DNA of 32,000 nucleotides, taken from Candidatus Heimdallarchaeota archaeon. Its GTDB lineage: Archaea; Asgardarchaeota; Heimdallarchaeia; Heimdallarchaeales; Kariarchaeaceae. The notes under the pieces are model-generated. The model was not told the origin of the DNA. It ran no database searches and was given only the letters and a program-made list of their open reading frames with translations. The stretch lies in NCBI GenBank assembly GCA_030149205.1, contig JASBSB010000004.1:60001-92000 (forward strand), in the 5' to 3' direction. A program made the position numbers and the translations under genes. Of this stretch, positions 19,378 through 27,833 are shown one piece after another. Position 1 is the first letter of the stretch. Every line of letters begins with the position of its first letter.

Positions 19378-21237
19378 ATGGGTTTTATTTTAAATGGATT
19401 AGACAAAGAAGATTATGACAGAGAATATTCAGATTTAGTTTTGGTAAGACGTATCCTTGGATATTTCAAACCTTACAAAAAAGAGATTCTAATTATTTCT
19501 TTAACTCTCTTTTTAACCTCATTATCAAATACACTTATTCCAATTTACATCTCTCAGGGACTTGATGCCATACAAAAAAATCCAAGTTTTAACAGTCCAC
19601 TGATCTATCAAATCGTTGGTTTACTGTTATTCTTCTCCGTATTTGCTTATTTTATGAACAGACTCACCCAAGAAAATACAGCAACTGCAGTACAGTCAGC
19701 GGTTCAAGATCTTAGAGAAGACACCTTTGGGGAGGTTATAGAACGTGATCTTTCTTTTTTAAACGAACAACCGACAGGTCGTCTGGTCTCAAGAATCACC
19801 AATGATACCAGAGATTTTGGAACAACTGTCTCTCTGACAACCAATCTTCTATCACAAATATTGTTGGTCGTTTTTATCACCATCATTCTTTGGAATACTT
19901 CTGCCAGATTGACAGTGTTTCTATTGATAATGGTTCCAATTATCTTTTTTGTCGCAATTGCTTTTCGTGGGTTAGCCAGGTTTGTTGCCTTACAATCTAA
20001 CCGTGTGCTTGCAAAAATCAACGCCCTTATTCAGGAGACCATGAGTGGAATAATTGTTGCAAAGTCGTTCAGAGCTGAACAATACATCTATGATGAGTTT
20101 GATGATATGAACTCAGAGTCCTTTTCAATCAACCTAAGACGTGGATTGGTTTTTAACAGCATCTTTCCAGTGCTTAATATCTTGTCCGCACTTGCCACCG
20201 CAATCATTGTATATTTCGGTGGACTGGAGGTGCTTCAGGTAGGAAGCTTCATTAGCTCCACTCTTTACTTTATCCCAGGAAGAGCATTGACCTATGGAGA
20301 ATGGTTCCTTTTCATTCAAGGGGTAAATTATTTCTTCTTCCCAATCATTCAGATTGCAAGCTTTTGGTCACAATTTCAACAGGGTCTTGCTGCATCTGAA
20401 AGAGTTTTCTCACTTATAGACTCTGAGAACACTGTCACTCAAACCGACAACATAACTGTCGAAACACTCAAAGGAGACATCAAATTTGATCATCTAAAAT
20501 TCGGGTACAAACCAGAAATTTTAATCCTTGATGACTTTAACCTTCACATCTCTGCAGGAGAAAATCTGGCCATAGTTGGGCATACAGGGGCTGGGAAATC
20601 AACAATCGCTAAACTAATCGCAAGATTTTATGAATTTAATGGAGGAGAATTGCTAATAGATGATAAGGATATCAGAACCTTCGAACTCAAATCTTATCGT
20701 AGACATCTCTCTATTATCTCACAGGAGGTTTTCCTATTTAACACCTCACTTGAGGATAACATATTCTATGGTGTTCCAAAAGAAAATCGGGATTATGAGT
20801 ATTTAAATTCCCTCTTTAAACAGATTGATGCTCTCGACTGGGTTGAGAACCTAGAGCAAGGATTTCAGACCAAGGTAGGTGAACGAGGAAACAAATTAAG
20901 TCAGGGTCAGAAACAATTGATTGCCATTGTGAGAACTCTGATGCGAGACCCCCATATCCTAATTATGGATGAAGCAACCAGCTCTGTCGACCCATTCACT
21001 GAGGTTCAGATCCAGAAAGCAACTGATATACTTATGGAAAACAGAACCTCTATCGTCATAGCACACAGATTATCAACCGTCGTAAAGGCTGATCGAATCA
21101 TTGTGATGAGAGAGGGGAAGATCATTGAGTCTGGAACGCATAATGAGCTACTAAAACAGGGTGGTCATTACTCTGAGTTGTATGATACCTATTTTAGACA
21201 TCAAACCTTGGAATACATAGAGTCCGAAAAATCTTGA
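19378..21237 (+). CDS. Type IV ABC exporter half-transporter (TmrA/TM288-like); forms a heterodimer with the upstream gene
   Basis: GHTGAGKS, degenerate signature LSQGQ, IMDEATS, AHRL. Shine-Dalgarno GGAGGT at 19366-19371. Confidence 0.9.
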   Translation: MGFILNGLDKEDYDREYSDLVLVRRILGYFKPYKKEILIISLTLFLTSLSNTLIPIYISQGLDAIQKNPSFNSPLIYQIVGLLLFFSVFAYFMNRLTQENTATAVQSAVQDLREDTFGEVIERDLSFLNEQPTGRLVSRITNDTRDFGTTVSLTTNLLSQILLVVFITIILWNTSARLTVFLLIMVPIIFFVAIAFRGLARFVALQSNRVLAKINALIQETMSGIIVAKSFRAEQYIYDEFDDMNSESFSINLRRGLVFNSIFPVLNILSALATAIIVYFGGLEVLQVGSFISSTLYFIPGRALTYGEWFLFIQGVNYFFFPIIQIASFWSQFQQGLAASERVFSLIDSENTVTQTDNITVETLKGDIKFDHLKFGYKPEILILDDFNLHISAGENLAIVGHTGAGKSTIAKLIARFYEFNGGELLIDDKDIRTFELKSYRRHLSIISQEVFLFNTSLEDNIFYGVPKENRDYEYLNSLFKQIDALDWVENLEQGFQTKVGERGNKLSQGQKQLIAIVRTLMRDPHILIMDEATSSVDPFTEVQIQKATDILMENRTSIVIAHRLSTVVKADRIIVMREGKIIESGTHNELLKQGGHYSELYDTYFRHQTLEYIESEKS

Positions 21238-21480
21238 GATAAAAGTTGGGAATGAATTAGAAATTAAGCTCACCAGAAAAACTAATTTTCTATCTACCTT
21301 CTCCCCCTATCTTACCCTCTTACGTTAACTTAACAGAATTATAGCTTGATAAAGAAACATCTTGTAAACTTACATTCTATAAATAAGGTTAATAAAACCT
21401 TTAAAAGTCCATACAATCTATTAAATTTAGAGAAGGTTCAATCTTAATTTAACCTTTCTCCAGGATTGTTTGAGTGAAAA

Positions 21481-22893
21481 GTGAGTTCACAACTAAGTCT
21501 TGATGTAATGATTTTATACTCATTTGCATTTGTACTATTTATACTAGTTAACATGTTTTTTGTGGCATCGGAATTTTCCTTTGTGAAAGTCAGATCCTCA
21601 AAAATGAAACTTTTGGAAAAAGAGGGAAACAAACGAGCAACCAAAGTGTTGTTTATCTCCAAACATTTGGATGATGCACTTTCCAGTACACAACTTGGAA
21701 TCTCCCTTGCCTCAATCGGTATTGGGTTTGTTGCAGAGGCATTATTTACCTCATTTTTGTTGAGTTTTCTTGGAATTTTTGGGATCACTGAAAAGAGTAT
21801 TCCAAGTCTTGCAGGAATCGGATTTGTAACTGGTTATGTGTTAGGTACATACTTTCATGTTGTACTTGGTGAGTTGTTTCCTAAATCCATAGCGATTAGA
21901 AAGGCAGAAGCAACTGCTTTATGGTTATCTTCTCCGATGTACTGGTTTATGAAGGTTTCAACCTACCCAATGCATTTCCTAAATTGGTCTGCTGAGCACG
22001 TTTTAAGGCTCTTCAATATACAGCCAATCTCAGAGTTTCATGGTAATGTATTTGGTGAAGAAGAGCTTAAGCTAATTATTCAGCAGTCCCTTAGAGGTGG
22101 TGAACTTGAGGAGTATGAATCCAGACTGATCTATAGAATCTTTCAATTCACTGACACCCCTGTGAAATCTCTTATTACTCCACGACATGCAATTAAAGCT
22201 TTATCCTCAACTGCAACATTGGATGAGGTGATAACACTTGCCAAGGAAACAGGTTACAGCAGATTCCCGATCTATCAAGACAAACTCGACAGCATCATCG
22301 GATTTGTTCACATTAAAGATGCCATTGCAAAACTTGATGAGAAAACCAATGGATCCAAAAATTTAGTCAGTGGGTATCTACGCCCCGTCATCACAGTTCA
22401 TGAGAATCACCCCGTTGATGACCTACTTCAAGAAATGCAAAAACAGAGGACCCAGGTATCTGTCGTCGTTGATGAATGGGGATCAGTCGCAGGAATAATC
22501 ACTATAGAAGACATTCTTGAGGCAATTGTCGGACCCATTCGAGATGAATTTGACTACTATGAAGACGGGTCACTCATCTCCAAGTCAAAAAATGGACTTA
22601 TTGTGCTCCCCAAGATCACAATAGCTGAATTTAATGAGTACTTACAGAATCTCCGTCCTAACGTGTTCCTTCGTGAAGAAGGTGATGCAGTCACACTGGC
22701 TGGATACCTCCTTGACCTCATAGATTCTAAAATTCCAAATGAGGGGGACACCTTGTCAGACAGTACTTTTGACTACAAGATCTTAAAGATGAACGGCAAC
22801 AGAATTGAAAAGGTTTTGGTGCTGGATCACGGTTCCGATAAATTTGATTACTCAGTACAAAAATCTGAAGAAGAACTCATGGATCAGCTTTAA
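21481..22893 (+). CDS. Hemolysin-family / CorB-CNNM Mg2+ transporter (DUF21-CBS-CBS-CorC)
   Basis: FFVASEFSFV, LGELFPKSIA, YSRFPIY, VVVDEWGSVAGIITIEDILEAIVG, TLAGY. Confidence 0.92.
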   Translation: MSSQLSLDVMILYSFAFVLFILVNMFFVASEFSFVKVRSSKMKLLEKEGNKRATKVLFISKHLDDALSSTQLGISLASIGIGFVAEALFTSFLLSFLGIFGITEKSIPSLAGIGFVTGYVLGTYFHVVLGELFPKSIAIRKAEATALWLSSPMYWFMKVSTYPMHFLNWSAEHVLRLFNIQPISEFHGNVFGEEELKLIIQQSLRGGELEEYESRLIYRIFQFTDTPVKSLITPRHAIKALSSTATLDEVITLAKETGYSRFPIYQDKLDSIIGFVHIKDAIAKLDEKTNGSKNLVSGYLRPVITVHENHPVDDLLQEMQKQRTQVSVVVDEWGSVAGIITIEDILEAIVGPIRDEFDYYEDGSLISKSKNGLIVLPKITIAEFNEYLQNLRPNVFLREEGDAVTLAGYLLDLIDSKIPNEGDTLSDSTFDYKILKMNGNRIEKVLVLDHGSDKFDYSVQKSEEELMDQL

Positions 22894-24411
22894 TTACTTA
22901 TATGGAAAGATTTTATCATAAAGGTAGACTGAAGCATAACTGAAGCTTTCAACAATATCATATGGATAATAGTTTACCTTTCCGCTCCAAAATTCATTAA
23001 GTGGTTTATTTGCATATTTCTCTGGTCTGAGTATTCTATCTTTAACAAGAATATAATACGGAACGATATATCTATCCAAATAATTCATACTTATCATTTT
23101 GTGTTTTAATAGATATAAAAAAGTGAAAAGAACCATATTCATTTCTTCATAAACTAATTTTTCTTTTTTATCTTCTTTGTCATTAATTAGATTTAAAAGT
23201 CGTAAGAGGTACAGCTGAGTGATTTCTTCATTAAATGGTGTGACGGCAAGGATTACCATACAAATTTGATTGATTTCTGATACTATATACTTTGAATTCA
23301 GCAACACTTTGTCAACATTTTTTTTGAGATACCCTGAAATCTTTTTGATTATGTCTTCTTTGTTAGCGATGTCTAGAGTTAAAGCTGCCTCCAAAATATG
23401 TACATTTGAAACAAACGATGAACCTAATTCAAAGGGATATGTGTAATAATATTCATCACCCCGATAGTTTTCCAACACATCAAATAATTTTGAAGAATCT
23501 TGGCTACTATACTTATCTAATAATAATAAAGCAATAGATGTGTCATCACTATCGGGAATTTGAAAGCTTTTTCCTAAGCTTAATCCATTCTGAATCCATC
23601 TAGACTCAATTAAATCTATCTTTCGTTTAACTGGTTCGCTAATGGGGATTTCACTTTTATAAAAAGGATACAGAGAGTATACATTGTTAAAATTCTCAAA
23701 GTCATTTAATGTTTGCACAAGCAACTCTTTAGTTGTAGAGTGAAATAAATAATCTACACCTTTTACTTCGAATCCTTTGACCCTATATTTCAACAATATG
23801 GTTGTGCTTGACGGAGAATTCCCCAACGAATTGTTATTCCCAACTAGATTTGCTACAATATTTGCATCAATTTCATTGTCAACAACACCTTCCATTGAAT
23901 GCAACATTGGAGTGTAATCAGTAAAAGCCTTTTTCCCTAATAATTTAAGTTTCATATTTTTTGTTTTTTCCAATTCAGAGATTGTGGTTCGATGTGACGA
24001 TATTTTTTCTGTGATATTCGAAAAAAGCTTTGAATAAGTGAACTCGAAACCGGTGGGATAAGTAAAATTTGATTTAAACACCTTTTCATGTCGATCTAAA
24101 AGCCAGGATAACCCTCTTTCAAACTTCTCAATGTACTCTGGTTTTTTATAATATCCTAGTTCCACCATCATTGAAAGTACACTGGCTGTGTTTACCAAGT
24201 TGTCAAATGGTGTGTTGGGATTATTTGCCCCCCAACTTCCGTCATTTTTCTGATGCATCAACACGCTTTTTGCATGTCTAGGAAACCTAGGATTTCCTAA
24301 TATATCCTTAACAGACCCCACATAAGCTGTGTCATATATTGTTCCTTTCATACCTCTTACCCCAAGGTTGAACAAAAATGATGATATCATCTCTTCTTTT
24401 GCGTTTATCAT
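22894..24411 (-). CDS. Class II diterpene cyclase (copalyl/halimadienyl diphosphate synthase-like, beta-gamma didomain), about 505 aa
   Basis: Motifs in order: YDTAY, PRFP, QKNDGSWG, PTGFE, LHSMEG, NSPSSTT, DSDDT (23542-23553), SNVHILEA, FWSGKVNYYP. Start at ATG 24411 is supported by a TATA box at 24440-24447 and by family length. Confidence 0.85.
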   Translation of the reverse strand: MINAKEEMISSFLFNLGVRGMKGTIYDTAYVGSVKDILGNPRFPRHAKSVLMHQKNDGSWGANNPNTPFDNLVNTASVLSMMVELGYYKKPEYIEKFERGLSWLLDRHEKVFKSNFTYPTGFEFTYSKLFSNITEKISSHRTTISELEKTKNMKLKLLGKKAFTDYTPMLHSMEGVVDNEIDANIVANLVGNNNSLGNSPSSTTILLKYRVKGFEVKGVDYLFHSTTKELLVQTLNDFENFNNVYSLYPFYKSEIPISEPVKRKIDLIESRWIQNGLSLGKSFQIPDSDDTSIALLLLDKYSSQDSSKLFDVLENYRGDEYYYTYPFELGSSFVSNVHILEAALTLDIANKEDIIKKISGYLKKNVDKVLLNSKYIVSEINQICMVILAVTPFNEEITQLYLLRLLNLINDKEDKKEKLVYEEMNMVLFTFLYLLKHKMISMNYLDRYIVPYYILVKDRILRPEKYANKPLNEFWSGKVNYYPYDIVESFSYASVYLYDKIFPYK

Positions 24412-24439
24412 TAGGAGTACGACTCTTAATCTTTTTTTG

Positions 24440-24447
24440 TATAAAAA
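24440..24447 (-). promoter_or_regulatory. TATA box for the diterpene cyclase gene
   Basis: Minus-strand TTTTTATA 29-36 nt upstream of ATG 24411. Confidence 0.45.
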
Positions 24448-24625
24448 GGTAACGAAATAATGTCTTGAAAAGAAATTTTGCTGATGTTTTACACATCCCA
24501 TTGAATTATTGCTACCTGAAAAGTAGTTATTAGGCCAGAATACTTTCGGTGTGCTCTCTCTCCTGCCAGAATCCTGATTCAAAAGTGTTTTAGTCTAGAA
24601 GTACCAAATATATTTAGAAAAAATA

Positions 24626-25549
24626 ATGGCAGTAAGTAATCATGAAGGTGTTGAAAGTACAAAAACACAAAATAATAAGACTACAGAAAGTCAAGCAGCA
24701 AAATCTGCATTAGAAAAATTGGCTGTAAATTCTTATTCGTTTGAAAGCGCCTTTTCGGTTCTCAAAAAACGACAGCAATACTTTCGGATATCCACTGGAG
24801 CAAAATCACTAGATGAAATATTAGGTGGTGGAATCGAACCTTCAGCAATCACAGAATTTTATGGTGAGTTTAGAACTGGAAAGACACAGATTTGTTTGCA
24901 GTTGGCAGTTCATACAGTCATGTCGAAGGAGCTTGGTGGTTTGGATGGAAAGGTGATTTACATTGACACTGAGGCAACCTTTAGACCAGAGAGGCTTCTG
25001 CAGATGGCAAAGCGATACACATTAACTGATGTTCTTGAAAATATCTATGTTGGCAGACCCCAAAGTGTAAAAGAACAGATGCAGTTAGTACAGGAGCTTA
25101 ATGATATAAAGCCAGATGAAAACGTAAAGCTTTTGGTTCTTGATTCCTTAACCAGTCACTTTCGAGCAGAATACATTGGGACACCTCAGTTATTGGAAAG
25201 ACAGCAACTCTTAAACAAACATATGAGTGACCTGCTGAAACTGGCACTAAACAAAAATATCGCTGTTGTTGTAACAAATCAAGTGATTTCAAATTTCTTG
25301 ACTAATGACAAACTTGCAGTTCAAGCGGTTGGAGGACATATTGTGGCACATGCATCCACACACAGACTTGAGTTAAGCAGGCCATACTCTCAGCCCAGTC
25401 AAAAACCATTTCTAAACGCAAAGCTTGTGGATTCTCCAAACCTTCCTGAAGCCACAGCATATTATGAAATCACTGCATTTGGTATTGAAGATATTAAAAG
25501 TAAAATAAATCCGAAACTTTTACAGGAAATTCAAAAACAGAAACATTAA
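24626..25549 (+). CDS. RadA/Rad51-family ATPase paralog lacking the N-terminal HhH domain
   Basis: RISTGAKSLDEILGGG, Walker A GEFRTGKT, YIDTEATFRPER, Walker B LVLDS, GGHIVAHAS, LVDSPNLPE. radA symbol withheld because this is probably a paralog. Confidence 0.88.
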   Translation: MAVSNHEGVESTKTQNNKTTESQAAKSALEKLAVNSYSFESAFSVLKKRQQYFRISTGAKSLDEILGGGIEPSAITEFYGEFRTGKTQICLQLAVHTVMSKELGGLDGKVIYIDTEATFRPERLLQMAKRYTLTDVLENIYVGRPQSVKEQMQLVQELNDIKPDENVKLLVLDSLTSHFRAEYIGTPQLLERQQLLNKHMSDLLKLALNKNIAVVVTNQVISNFLTNDKLAVQAVGGHIVAHASTHRLELSRPYSQPSQKPFLNAKLVDSPNLPEATAYYEITAFGIEDIKSKINPKLLQEIQKQKH

Positions 25550-25550
25550 T

Positions 25551-26756
25551 TTATTTCTCTAGCAACATTTCAAGACCAGTTTCCTCTATAAAACCTCTGG
25601 CCTTGTTTGCCTGTTCAGCAAGCATTTGTGATGAGGCAGTCATCTCTTCCATCGATGAGGTCATCTCCTCAGCCACCGATGCAACTTCTTCGGCTGATGC
25701 AGCAGTTTCCTCAGAGAGAGCTGCAATTTCCTCAACCTTCTGATAGATCTCCTCAAATGCCTTGGTCAACTCATCAGAAACTGATTGGGATACCTTTTGG
25801 ATGTTTTCTGAGGCAACCTTTGATTCATCTGAAAGTCTTCTTACATTATCCGCAACAACAGCAAACCCCCTTCCATAATCGCCTGCTCGTGATGCTTCAA
25901 TTCCAGCATTCAGAGCAAGAATATTTGTCTGAATTGCAATCTTGCTGACCTCTCCAGAGTTTTCCTGAATGGTGCCAACGATCCTCTGTACATTGGCTTT
26001 TACATTGTCTAACTCATTTAATATCTCCTGAACACGTTTTGCCTGTTCATTTGCAACATCAGACATTGATTGACTGGTAGATGCCACCTCTTCGGCTGAT
26101 GCATTCATATCCTCTGCGGTGCTGGAGAGTCCCTCTGAGGTCATAGTTATTGTGGATGTTGAATTAAGGTTTGTGATTAAATCATTTGTCATCATTAACA
26201 CATGATTCACTCGCTCACCAAGCGACCCGAATACAGAATCGTTTAAAACTCGTGTGTTTGTGATTTGATAGCTAAACTTTCCTTGGAGGAAATTTCCAAA
26301 AGCAGTATCAAATTCAGTGTAATAAGCTTCCACTTCATTGAGTAGTGATAGAAAAACGGAAAATCCAAATATTAGGATTAATGCCATTGGAATTATAAAT
26401 TCCTGATAATTAAAATTTGTGCTTTTCAATACACCACTAATTAAAAATGCAAAAATGACAATTATAATAGCTAACGTAAACTGATGAAACATCAGTCTAA
26501 CTTTATAATCATTGGTTCCCACTAAAAACATGAAAAGAAATATTGCTATAACCCCAGGTGAAACAGCAACAATGAAGAAGGTATTCCATTCGCTCCTACT
26601 CCAATTAAAGTATGATTGTTGAGTATTTACATATAGTACGAGAAAAATCAAAGTGAAAAGTGACAATATCTCAAACAAATTAGCCAGTGAGACCTTTCTC
26701 GCTCCAACTTGAAAGAGAGTGCCAGTCATAAAATTGCTTCTTGTGTTTTCAGACAT
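25551..26756 (-). CDS. Methyl-accepting chemotaxis-like transducer (4 TM, HAMP, short MCP signalling domain)
   Basis: Hairpin tip QTNILALNAGIEASRAGDYGRGFAVVADNVRRL; SAEE/MEE methylation-type heptads. Confidence 0.9.
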   Translation of the reverse strand: MSENTRSNFMTGTLFQVGARKVSLANLFEILSLFTLIFLVLYVNTQQSYFNWSRSEWNTFFIVAVSPGVIAIFLFMFLVGTNDYKVRLMFHQFTLAIIIVIFAFLISGVLKSTNFNYQEFIIPMALILIFGFSVFLSLLNEVEAYYTEFDTAFGNFLQGKFSYQITNTRVLNDSVFGSLGERVNHVLMMTNDLITNLNSTSTITMTSEGLSSTAEDMNASAEEVASTSQSMSDVANEQAKRVQEILNELDNVKANVQRIVGTIQENSGEVSKIAIQTNILALNAGIEASRAGDYGRGFAVVADNVRRLSDESKVASENIQKVSQSVSDELTKAFEEIYQKVEEIAALSEETAASAEEVASVAEEMTSSMEEMTASSQMLAEQANKARGFIEETGLEMLLEK

Positions 26757-26779
26757 GTCGAATGGTTATCTTCTGTAGG

Positions 26780-26794
26780 TTATAAATTTTGTCC
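26780..26794 (-). promoter_or_regulatory. BRE + TATA box for the MCP gene
   Basis: Minus-strand GGACAAAA-TTTATAA, with the TATA 24-30 nt upstream of ATG 26756. Confidence 0.6.
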
Positions 26795-26912
26795 AAAAAA
26801 ATGCATGTCACGATTAATTATGCAAAGAAATGAATCAATAATGTAATACTAAAGATTCATTCCTCCGTCTTTAGCTTAATAAACCCGTATATCATAAGGT
26901 ATTTGAGAATTT

Positions 26913-27734
26913 TTGAACCTTAAGAAACGTCGTGTTGAGGAGAATCAAGAGCTGCTTTTTCAGGAGCTGAGAGATTCAAAAAACCCCGTGATTAGACGGG
27001 AGGTCACCTCACTATTGAGCAAAGAGGATTACCTGATCTATCTTGCACTCAAGGACGAAGACAGCTCAATAAGAGAGATAGCCACAAAGAAAATCACAAA
27101 CCAGGAGGTTTTGAAAAAAATTATTTTAGCGGAGGAATCTTGGACAGTCAGATATGTGGCTGTGTGGAAGGTACAAAACAAGAATCTGCTGGAAAAGGTG
27201 GCAGTCTCAGACACACACTTTCAGGTGAGAGCAGCCGCAGTAAAGAGGCTGGACTCTCTCGAGCTTTTAAAATCTGTGGCACTCTCTGACCCCCATCCCA
27301 GGGTGAAACAAGCGGCTGTGGCACGTATCAAAAATGAGAAGACTCTTGCGGAGCTGGTATTTTCCTCAAAAGATTCTCAGGTGAGAGAGAGCTGTGCGGA
27401 TCAGATCTGTACCGAAGAGGTATTGAAGAAAATTGCGTTCACTGACAAAAATGCATGGGTAAGGTACACTGCGGTAGGGAAAATTTTCGATGATGATGTT
27501 CTTATGCAAATCGCACAGACAGACCCAGATGAAAATGTGCGCTATTTTGCGACCAAAGAGATAAATGATCATGAGAAACTGATCACCCTTGCTTTAAGCT
27601 GTCACCATTCTGATGTGCTGAGATGTGTCATTAAGCGACTCAACAATCCTGAGGAGTTGGCACAGCTTAGAATGCTTGGCAATCAATTTATACAACAACT
27701 GATTCAACAGAAAAACAATGAATTCCAAATATGA
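26913..27734 (+). CDS. Alpha-helical solenoid protein with about 8 tandem 26-aa HEAT/LRV-like repeats
   Basis: Repeat consensus D-x3-VRxxAVxKIxxxExLxxIAxx, e.g. THFQVRAAAVKRLDSLELLKSVALSD (26 aa). Confidence 0.85.
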   Translation: MNLKKRRVEENQELLFQELRDSKNPVIRREVTSLLSKEDYLIYLALKDEDSSIREIATKKITNQEVLKKIILAEESWTVRYVAVWKVQNKNLLEKVAVSDTHFQVRAAAVKRLDSLELLKSVALSDPHPRVKQAAVARIKNEKTLAELVFSSKDSQVRESCADQICTEEVLKKIAFTDKNAWVRYTAVGKIFDDDVLMQIAQTDPDENVRYFATKEINDHEKLITLALSCHHSDVLRCVIKRLNNPEELAQLRMLGNQFIQQLIQQKNNEFQI

Positions 27735-27833
27735 GAATTATTGCTATCTTAAAATTACTGCCACAATTATTGAAGATACATTTATCCATTTTATAAGCTC
27801 AAGCTATAAATTTGAGAACTTTTCTTTCAGGTA

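Noticed and set aside
24412-24582. 57-aa N-terminal extension of the cyclase in the ORF track (transit-peptide-like)
   Set aside because: It contains a TATA box positioned for ATG 24411, runs into the radA upstream region, and makes the protein longer than the ~500-aa family norm. Most likely a chance open frame.
25684-26103. Repeated TCTTCGGCTGATGCA near 25687 and 26089
   Set aside because: Explained by the repeated ASAEE methylation heptads of the MCP.
26901-27822. ATTTGAGAA(T/C)TTT upstream of two adjacent genes (26901-26913 and 27810-27822)
   Set aside because: 12/13 match of an AT-rich word with only two instances; not distinguishable from chance.
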